From positions 68,048-100,047 of the forward strand of contig CAWDZA010000002.1 of the NCBI GenBank assembly GCA_963806635.1: 32,000 nt of DNA, given 5' to 3'. Below the pieces are notes generated by a model. The model saw only the letters and a program-made list of their open reading frames with translations, did no database searches and was not told the origin of the DNA. The DNA is from an uncultured Chloroflexia bacterium (GTDB taxonomy: Bacteria > Chloroflexota > Anaerolineae > Anaerolineales > Anaerolineaceae). Each line of letters starts with the position of its first letter. Position 1 is the first letter of the stretch. Both the position numbers and the translations under genes were made by a program. Below are positions 20,508 through 28,502 of the stretch, piece by piece.

Positions 20508-22666
20508 TTTTCTGCCCCGGTCTCCTTCCCAGAGTGGTTGTGACCAAAATGGGCAGCAGGGTCGCGGGGAAAAGTGAAAGAGAGGATCAATAACCCCAGG
20601 CTGAATAGACCCACGAGATAAACCCCATATTGATAGCGGAAATCACGCGAGACGTTGATGAATAGCATCACCGCCGATTGCACAGCGGCAGGCAGGAAAA
20701 ATAGAAGAAATCGCGGCTGCCTGGCGCGGTATGCCATCATAGAAGAACAGAACAACCCCAGGTATAAGAATAACGCAGGAGTGAAGAACAGCACGTCCCA
20801 GGGTTTCCGAGAGGCGAAGTCCTTAAGCTTCGCCAGCGGGACGATCCAGGCAGAGAGCAAGCTGTTCTCTTTCAACCCTAGATCATTTGGCTCGATCCAG
20901 GAAACAGTTGCAGCTTCTGTTTTTTCCTGGTTGAGCATACAGTGGTTGGGCACCTCCCACACGAGCGAACTGACGCATACCAGGTGCTGAAGCTCCACTC
21001 CCGGCTCTTTCACAGCCAGATCTGCGAACAAACTCTGTATATCGGCAGCTTTTTCTGTGAAACGCGGCTCGGAGTAGGCTGGCTGGGTCCAGATGGGGAT
21101 ATTGGTACAGCAATCGTAGCTCCATTGATCCAGAGGCAGTATTCCGGATGCCAGGTCTGATTCGGCTGGCGTGAGCGGGCTGCCGGTGGCGATGTGCGCA
21201 GCGATGTGATGGATGAAAACCTGCTGTTTGAAGCCTGCGTTGCGATCCACCTTTAGAAGAGTATAGATCGGTCCCTGAATTAGCAGCCACGTACCTGCAA
21301 TCACACCCACACTGAGCAACACTCTTTTCCATTGATTTCGATAAACGATAGCCAGGACGATCAGGCTCAGAATTGGGACTGGAAGCCCGTTCAACCGGAA
21401 AAGGCTGATGCCCAGACCAACGAGTGTCAGCCAGAGCCAGGAAAAACGCTCACCCAGCCAGGTACCCTTGCTGAAGATGGCTTTCAGGATCATCAGCGAG
21501 AGCAGAAGAAGGCAGATGGAATAGGGGATATCCTTCCAGAGAGAGACAACCATATTCCCATTTACTGGTGAGAGGGCAAATACGAGCGCCAGCCCCCAGC
21601 CAGCCCAGCGCGGCAATCCCTGATCTTCCAGGAGATGGATGCCCCAGGCGACTGTCAGGGCGAGCGCAATGATTTGGAATACGATCACGACCGCAGGAGA
21701 AAACCATAGCCGGGTGAGCAGGATTACCAACAGGGTGTGAACCACCGGGAGCGCGTCGTTGAACTGCCCGCTGATCACCTGCCCCCATTGGCGGATCGAA
21801 TCGGGGGTCATGACGGCTGGGAAAAAGGTAAGCAAGTAGATACCCCACACGGCGATCATGGGCAGGGCATAAAGCAGCCAGAAGCCTTTCTTTGGTTGAA
21901 GTACTGGAGCGGGTTTGATCTGGACACCAGCGAGGAAAATGGTCAGCACCAGGAACAGGAAACCGGCAGTGAGAACAGCCATTAAATTGCTGAAGAGTGT
22001 GCTCATCCAGCTTCCCGGGAACCGGGAGGATGCGATCACCGGTGCGCCAGGCGATTCTGCGGGGTTCAGCGCAGCCAGGTTCCCATCCCAGCCTGCCTGG
22101 ACTTCCGCAATGCCTGGCGAATTGGAAAAAACGAGCGTGGCTGTTTCCCCCGAACGGCCGCTCCAGGTAAGCGAAGCGGGTTCCCCGCCTGTGTGGGTGA
22201 ACCCTGTTTTGGTTCGTTGCCAATCTCCCTTTTGCAAAAATTCTCCGAAACCGATATCGCGCAGGGAGGTCTTCGCGTACTCGAGCGTGACAGCCCGATC
22301 CGCGCTTCCCCCTGGGAGATTTATTTGTAAATGGTGAACCGGCAGCAGGAGAATCGCCTGGGGGGGATGGGTGACCAGGGCGAAAAGGATGCCGACGCCT
22401 GCAGATAAGAGGATCCAATTACGCCTGGCTTTGGGTGAGTATCTGAGGAGACGGGGGTGCAAAAATCGCGTGAGCAAGACATAAACAAGCGGTATTAATA
22501 AGAACCAAAGGAGCAGGGCAAAGGCATATTCGCGCCTGGCGAAAAGGGGAGTTTGAAAAGCCCAAAGATAACCGCTGATTGCCATGCAAAAACCGAGGCT
22601 TACAGCGATCCCCCAATAAAGGAGGTTGTGTTTGTTTTGTAAAGGGATTTGTGCGGATAAATTCAT
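20504..22666 (-). CDS. Large multi-TM protein, resembles DUF6020/GT-C-like family
   Basis: 720 aa; LTFFPAVMTPDSIRQWGQVISGQFNDALPVVHTLLVILLTRLW, ALSPVNGNMVVSLWKDIPYS. Confidence 0.65.
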   Translation of the reverse strand: MNLSAQIPLQNKHNLLYWGIAVSLGFCMAISGYLWAFQTPLFARREYAFALLLWFLLIPLVYVLLTRFLHPRLLRYSPKARRNWILLSAGVGILFALVTHPPQAILLLPVHHLQINLPGGSADRAVTLEYAKTSLRDIGFGEFLQKGDWQRTKTGFTHTGGEPASLTWSGRSGETATLVFSNSPGIAEVQAGWDGNLAALNPAESPGAPVIASSRFPGSWMSTLFSNLMAVLTAGFLFLVLTIFLAGVQIKPAPVLQPKKGFWLLYALPMIAVWGIYLLTFFPAVMTPDSIRQWGQVISGQFNDALPVVHTLLVILLTRLWFSPAVVIVFQIIALALTVAWGIHLLEDQGLPRWAGWGLALVFALSPVNGNMVVSLWKDIPYSICLLLLSLMILKAIFSKGTWLGERFSWLWLTLVGLGISLFRLNGLPVPILSLIVLAIVYRNQWKRVLLSVGVIAGTWLLIQGPIYTLLKVDRNAGFKQQVFIHHIAAHIATGSPLTPAESDLASGILPLDQWSYDCCTNIPIWTQPAYSEPRFTEKAADIQSLFADLAVKEPGVELQHLVCVSSLVWEVPNHCMLNQEKTEAATVSWIEPNDLGLKENSLLSAWIVPLAKLKDFASRKPWDVLFFTPALFLYLGLFCSSMMAYRARQPRFLLFFLPAAVQSAVMLFINVSRDFRYQYGVYLVGLFSLGLLILSFTFPRDPAAHFGHNHSGKETGAEK

Positions 22667-22697
22667 TCAGATTATGTCGGGACTATGTTTGCGAGGT

Positions 22698-24784
22698 TCA
22701 AGGGTTTCCGGTCAACCGTGAGATCATATTTCTGAACTCTGACTTTCCGGCAGATTCAGGGGTGTTTATCTCAATGAATTCCCAGGTGCTTTCCATTAAC
22801 TTAAAATTCGGAGTGTCATCCCTGGCGATACGTAACTTCACAGCCCTATTCATAAGCTCGGTTGCTTTTTGCCACTCCCCGCCCAGGGCGTACGCCAGGA
22901 TGAAGGGCATAAGTTCGGTATCCAGCGAGGTGATAAACCCCTGCCGGAAGATCGCCTTATCTCCCAGCTCCCTCACAGACTGCCAGTCCTGGGTTTGACG
23001 GGCAAGATCGGCCTTCTCGTAATAATAACACCAGCCTCTTTCCGGTCCGGCTCCCAAGTGGATGGCTGACGGGTCGATCGGGTTCTCGGCGTTCCCAGGG
23101 AGGATCGGTTTTAGGCTGGCGAATGGAAGCCAATTCTCCGCCCTGGAGTCCATCGATGGAAATTCCGCCGAGAAATCGGGGTTATACACCTGGGGGCAGT
23201 TCTTCCCGTTGTAATTTAAAAAGATCGTTTTCGATAAGTCGGGTTTGAAATGTGCTGCGATCAAACCCATATCGTCCCTGCCTCTGGATTGATAATCCTC
23301 CAATTGCGACGCGAGCATGATCAGGTAGGGGAAATTGTTGGAGGTGAGATCGGGCGCATACAAGCCAGTTGAAAATATACGACCAGGCAGTGGCCCCATC
23401 CCCGGTGGGCATGTCGTTGGTAAGGATCATGGTGCCCGGTTCCAGACTGGGGATACGGTAGGTAAGATTCCAGAAGAAATTGTTGCGCCTCACGTCCACC
23501 GCCCGTAGCTCGTTGGAGGAAATGAACTGGAGCCCGGCGCTGAGTCCAACCACCGCGCTCAGCACAAGGATCTGTATCCAATAGCGCTTCAGCAATACCT
23601 CGATCAAAAAGGCGACCCACAGGCAGGAGACAAGCAGGAAGGGCAAAAGGTAGCGGGTTTCATACCCGCCCACGCCAGCCGCCAGCCCGACGACAATAAA
23701 TGGGATGCCCCCCAGCAGCCAGGGTACTACGCTCAATCCCATCAGTTGAATTGCAAGTGTCTTGTTCTTCTGATCCGCGGGTGGTTTTGGCAGGTGGTAG
23801 GCGCGCAGCACCAGGAAGGTGATCCCCCCCGTGATGAGCACAACCGATAAATAGACAATCGAGGAAAGCGAGCCCCAATTAATGCGTTCCCAGGTAACCG
23901 AAACGATCTGGGTCCAGGCGCGTACCATCCCCATCCAGAAATACTAATGCGGTCTGCCTGATAAGCAGGAGAATCCCCGCGAACCAATTCTCCCGTAAGG
24001 TGGAAAGCAGGCTGAGTGAGTGGTTGTAGGTCTGGTAGGGGAAAAGGAAAACCCGCCAATATAGTACTGCGCAAAAAGCGATAAAAAATGGCAGGAAATG
24101 AAGAGTGGTTTTTCGAAGCTTCTGTTTGACTGTCAGATCGGTCTCGGAGAGCACAATCCAAATCACAAACGGACGCATCAGTTCCATAAAGAGGAAGTAT
24201 TCCATCGCCAGCATGTTGTAAATGCTGAGCCCGAGCGCCAGGAGATAAAACAGCCAGAATCGTTTCGGATGTCGCAGAGAAAGAACCGTGAAGGTGAGCG
24301 AGAGCAGGAAGATCGCCAGGATGATGTTGCGGTGACCCGTGGTGAGCGCCACGCCGTGCGAGAGATACCCCGGGAAAACCGCGATCAGGATGCTGGCAAA
24401 CACCGCCAGGCGCACGCGCCTTGGCCACAGGTTTTTTACCAACCACCAGCCAGAGAGACTGGTGAGCCAGGGAGCCAGCACCGCAAAGAGCTGCCAGCGC
24501 CAGGGATCGGGTCCCAGCAGGGGCAACAGCACCTGATACAGCGGTGCCAGAAAGGGGCGGTTGGTAACGTGATAATAATTGACCCCCCACGCACCCAGCT
24601 TCTGGTAGATCCAGAGCATGATCCAATCGTCAGCGTAGAACCCGAGCCAGGGGAGCAGAACGCCATAGGCAAGGAAACAAAGCAGCAGGAGGAAAAAGGG
24701 ATGGAACAGCGGATGAGTTGTTACCCTGGTGTACCATCTCCGATTTTCGCCGGCGGTTTCCACCGTTGTGATTTGCTCTGGCAT
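22698..24784 (-). CDS. GT-C-like multi-TM glycosyltransferase (reconstructed from three ORFs; frameshifts ~23930 and ~23385)
   Basis: ORF 23879..24784 (FYADDWIMLWIYQKLGAWGVNYYHVTNRPFLAPLYQVLLPLLGPDPWRWQL), ORF 23182..23934 (TM region plus LTNDMPTGDGATAWSYIFNW), ORF 22698..23399 (LYAPDLTSNNFPYLI... soluble tail). Confidence 0.7.
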
Positions 24785-24955
24785 GCAGCTCCTGAGAACC
24801 TATCGATTACGATTAATTTCCTGACCTAAAACCTTTCCGGATTCCCGTTGGAATTTTACCTTATTCGGGGGCAAGCGCCTTCTTTAGAGCGTCGAATAAA
24901 ATAAGGTATCATTCTAGATGAAGAGTTCCTTATCTCTCAAACCTGGGTCACGTTT

Positions 24956-26224
24956 ATGACCGAATCTGTCCATCCGGAAACTAAAACCAAATCCTCTGCG
25001 CTCGATCCGTTCTGGCTCGTCTTAGGCGCTTACCTTTTTACTTTCATCTGGTTCTTCATCCGCAGCGTTTTCTTCAACCCCAACCAGGTGATGATGGTTT
25101 TTGAGACCGTTCGGCGACTGGACCCGATCGGCTACGACCTGATGATGATGCTCAGCCATGCCTCCGCCTGGCTAAATCACACGATCTCTCCATACGCTTC
25201 GTTCAATAATTTCCCGCCTCTCGCCACCCTGCTCTTCACCCCGCTCACCATGGTACCCATCCAAAGAGCATATGCGATCATCACCTTCATCACTCTGGCG
25301 AGCTTCTTCTGGATCGGTTTCCTCTTTCCTTATTTTTCCAACAAACCCCGCGAGGTGAAGCCGGTACTTGTGCTTGTGTTCATCACCGCGCTTACATCGT
25401 ATGGAATGCAATTCGAGATCGAACGCGGGCAGTTCTATTCCATCGCCTTCGCGCTGGCTTTCGCGGGCATCTACCTCTTCCACCGCTACCCGAAGCTCTC
25501 CTGGCTGGCGTATATCCTCTTCACGCTGGCAATTCAGATCAAGATATTCCCCGCCTTCCTGATCTTCCTATTCATCCGGGATTGGCGGGACTGGCGCGGA
25601 AACCTGATCCGCATTCTTGGCCTGGGGGCGGCGAACTTTGCGCTGTTCTTCGTGCTGGGTTGGACCCGGTTCCTGGAATTTGTGAACATCCTGGTGGCGA
25701 TGGTGGATGACTCGGGCATTTGGGTGGGCAATCTCTCGGTAAAGTCCTTTGCCTACTACCAAATGCCGATCCTATTGAAACGCATCAATTTGGGTGATTT
25801 AAACGCTGCCGGCATGGTTGAAGGAGTTTTGATGGCGCTGGTGTTGATCCTGCTGATGTTGGGGATCTTCCAGGCGTATCGGCGCAACCGGTGGGGGATC
25901 GACCCTTATTTGCTCTTCATTTGCACCTGCGCCGCGATGGTCATTCCACAGATCAGCCACGATTACAAACTTCCCGTTCTGGCTGGTCCCGCTGCCATAC
26001 TGCTCATGACCCTCAAACTTTCAAAAAAGGACTCCAAAGCACGAATCATCCTCATGTCGGCGGGGATTGCGGTGTTTTCTCTGGCGTATTTTTCCACCCA
26101 GTATTCCTATGTGATGAAATCGCCCCTAATTGCGAACAACTTCCTGGCCGTTTTCCTAATGATGGTTCTGGGGGTTATTTTCGCCTTCACCGAGCAGGCG
26201 GATGGAAACGATCCGGCAGGTTAA
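24956..26224 (+). CDS. Multi-TM protein, DUF2029/GT87-like mannosyltransferase family
   Basis: 422 aa; NNFPPLATLLFTPLTMVP, IERGQFYSIAFALAFAGIYLF, IKIFPAFLIFLFIRDWR. Confidence 0.7.
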   Translation: MTESVHPETKTKSSALDPFWLVLGAYLFTFIWFFIRSVFFNPNQVMMVFETVRRLDPIGYDLMMMLSHASAWLNHTISPYASFNNFPPLATLLFTPLTMVPIQRAYAIITFITLASFFWIGFLFPYFSNKPREVKPVLVLVFITALTSYGMQFEIERGQFYSIAFALAFAGIYLFHRYPKLSWLAYILFTLAIQIKIFPAFLIFLFIRDWRDWRGNLIRILGLGAANFALFFVLGWTRFLEFVNILVAMVDDSGIWVGNLSVKSFAYYQMPILLKRINLGDLNAAGMVEGVLMALVLILLMLGIFQAYRRNRWGIDPYLLFICTCAAMVIPQISHDYKLPVLAGPAAILLMTLKLSKKDSKARIILMSAGIAVFSLAYFSTQYSYVMKSPLIANNFLAVFLMMVLGVIFAFTEQADGNDPAG

Positions 26225-26233
26225 GTCCAGCCT

Positions 26234-27664
26234 TTACACGAACTTGATCTTGCCCATGGCGAAGAAGACCATTTTGAGCAGCATCCAGCCATGCTTCCAG
26301 CGCTGAATATTGGTCGTCCCATACACCCGTTCCTGGTAGCGGATGGGCAGATCCACGATCTTCAACCCCAGTTTGTCAGCTCCGAGGAGCAAATCAAAAT
26401 CACCGAAGGGATCGAACTCCCCAAAATAACCCCGGTTTGCCGCGATCCGTTCGTAGTCTGCTTTCCAAAGCACCTTCGTGCCGCAAAGGGTATCCTTAAT
26501 CGGTTGACCCAACGTCCAGCGGAAAACCAGGCTGAAGGCTTTGTTGCCCAGCAGGTTGAGGGGGCGCATGGCGCCGCCTTCCATCGGATAAACCAGGCGC
26601 ACCCCATTGATAAAATCGCCTTTTCCGCTCGCGATGGCTTCATAGAAAGCCGGTAGATCTTCCGGTGCCACAGTCAGGTCTGCATCCAGTATCATCAGAA
26701 TATCGCCCGAAGCGCGCGCGAACCCCTCCCGGACAGCGTCCCCCTTCCCCGTTCCCGTTTGCCTGAAAAGGGATGCCTTGCATACCGGGTTCGAGAGGAT
26801 CGCATCTTCGATCGCTTTGTAAGTATCATCCTTTGAGTGACCTTCCACGAAGATCAGCTCTGTTCCGCCCCCCATTTCCGGCACTCTTCGGAAAATATCC
26901 GCGATGTTTCCGGCTTCATTCCGGGCGGGGACGATCACGCTGACCCTGGGAAGTGGTTTGCGAGCGGATGGCTGGGGCAATGGTCTGGCCATGATGATAT
27001 TGGTGAGAGCAAAGTAATGAAAGGGCCAGATCTTGACCAGGAATTTATTGAAAAATGAATTGAGCAGCGGGATTGGTAAGGGAAAAAGGATCTCGTGCCA
27101 GTGGCGCAGAGATTCGAAACCTTCGAGGGAAAGCAGGTTGCGGATATCGTCCGGGGTCAGCCAGTTCTGGGGTAAATTGGGCCTGGCCAGACCCACGACG
27201 GCAGCAAGGGAAAGGATGGGGGACCACATCCGGCTGTAGAAATTGATGATAATGCGGGTTTTGGGGTTGCAGCAGCCCCGCAAGGCGCCAAGTACCTGCT
27301 GCACGTTCCACAGGTCGTTGACCAGGTCCGAAAGGATAACGTAATCAAAAGTACCATCCCCTTCGAACTGGTGCGCGTCCATTTCCAGGAATTCCAGCTC
27401 GGGGTGATTTTGCCGGGCGATGGCGATCATTTCCGGGCTAAAATCCACGCCAAGCCCGCGCGCAGGCTTGAGGCTGGCGAGAAGATCGCCTCCCCCGCAG
27501 CCGAGCTCCAGGACAGACGCACCTTCGGGAATGAGGAAGCGGAGGAATTCCGCCAGACGGCGGTGATAGGCTTTTCCAGCCGACCAGCGCTTTGTATCGC
27601 GGGCGATGTTGTTCCAGTGCTCCACCCGCCCGCGGGTGTAAAGTTCCTGTTTTGCCTGGGTCAC
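26234..27664 (-). CDS. Bifunctional class I SAM-dependent methyltransferase / GT2 glycosyltransferase fusion
   Basis: N-terminal half: SVLELGCGGGDLLASLKPARGLGVDFSPEMI. C-terminal half: RVSVIVPARNEAGNIADIF, ELIFVEGHSKDDT, GKGDAVREGFARASGDILMILDADLTVAPEDLP. One uninterrupted 476-aa ORF. Confidence 0.88.
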   Translation of the reverse strand: MTQAKQELYTRGRVEHWNNIARDTKRWSAGKAYHRRLAEFLRFLIPEGASVLELGCGGGDLLASLKPARGLGVDFSPEMIAIARQNHPELEFLEMDAHQFEGDGTFDYVILSDLVNDLWNVQQVLGALRGCCNPKTRIIINFYSRMWSPILSLAAVVGLARPNLPQNWLTPDDIRNLLSLEGFESLRHWHEILFPLPIPLLNSFFNKFLVKIWPFHYFALTNIIMARPLPQPSARKPLPRVSVIVPARNEAGNIADIFRRVPEMGGGTELIFVEGHSKDDTYKAIEDAILSNPVCKASLFRQTGTGKGDAVREGFARASGDILMILDADLTVAPEDLPAFYEAIASGKGDFINGVRLVYPMEGGAMRPLNLLGNKAFSLVFRWTLGQPIKDTLCGTKVLWKADYERIAANRGYFGEFDPFGDFDLLLGADKLGLKIVDLPIRYQERVYGTTNIQRWKHGWMLLKMVFFAMGKIKFV

Positions 27665-28338
27665 ACCTTATCCACCCCGGTCGCTTCCAGCTCTTTCACC
27701 CTCGGATTGTCCCGATACACCCCGCGGTACTCCTCCGGCAGCAGCACAGCCATTCGGCACATCACCTCGTCCGTCCAGCGCTCCATCTCCGCTTCGCGGT
27801 TCTCCCGCCCGATCTCGGGGATGACAATCGGCGGGCCAAAAGTCGCCTTCATCTTCGGCTTCCGGAAGTGCAGCAGCTCGCGCACACCGTTTGCTGTCCC
27901 GGTGATCCCAACCGGCACGATCGGCGCCCCGCTGCGAATTGCCAGGAAGACAATACCGGATTTGCCCGGCAGCAAGCCCCCAGTGGTGCTGCGGGTGCCC
28001 TCCGGGGAAACCCCCAGGCAGCCGCCTTTCTTTAAATGATCCAATCCAGATTTAATGGCGGTGAAATCGGCAATATCGCGGTCGATCCAGATGGCTTCTC
28101 CCATCCAGGCCAGGGGGGCGATGAGAAGGTTCTTTTTGTATTTGGTGGTGAGCACGCAGGTGATATCCGGGCGGGCAGGGATATCAAGGAGTACCGGGAT
28201 ATCTAGCCGGCTGAGATGATTGGTGGCGATCAGCACGCCGCCCGAGGGGGGGAGGTATTCCATCCCCTCGTAGGATGTTTTCGTAAGTGCTTTTAGCAAA
28301 TAGTGAACGATGCTAAAAAGGAATTCCCGCTTTCCCAT
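27661..28338 (-). CDS. 1-acyl-sn-glycerol-3-phosphate acyltransferase family (PlsC-like)
   Basis: NHLSRLD (HX4D motif), GVSPEGTRST, PIVPVGITG. Confidence 0.88.
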   Translation of the reverse strand: MGKREFLFSIVHYLLKALTKTSYEGMEYLPPSGGVLIATNHLSRLDIPVLLDIPARPDITCVLTTKYKKNLLIAPLAWMGEAIWIDRDIADFTAIKSGLDHLKKGGCLGVSPEGTRSTTGGLLPGKSGIVFLAIRSGAPIVPVGITGTANGVRELLHFRKPKMKATFGPPIVIPEIGRENREAEMERWTDEVMCRMAVLLPEEYRGVYRDNPRVKELEATGVDKV

Positions 28339-28430
28339 GGTCCAACCTCCAATAATCCGATCTGGATTGAGTATATCAAAATTGAAGCGCTTCCCGCGTT
28401 GTGATTCAATAATCTCACCTGTATTGGCAT

Positions 28431-28467
28431 GAAAACAGCGTGCTCGAGGTATCCTCGAGCACGCTGT
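28431..28467 (-). terminator. Strong intrinsic terminator downstream of the J/thioredoxin/PPIase gene
   Basis: ACAGCGTGCTCGAGG(28435-28449)-TAT-CCTCGAGCACGCTGT(28453-28467): perfect 15-bp stem, followed on the minus strand by TTTTC. Confidence 0.8.
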
Positions 28468-28502
28468 GATGTCCTTCTTATTGCTTATTTATGACCAGGG
28501 GA

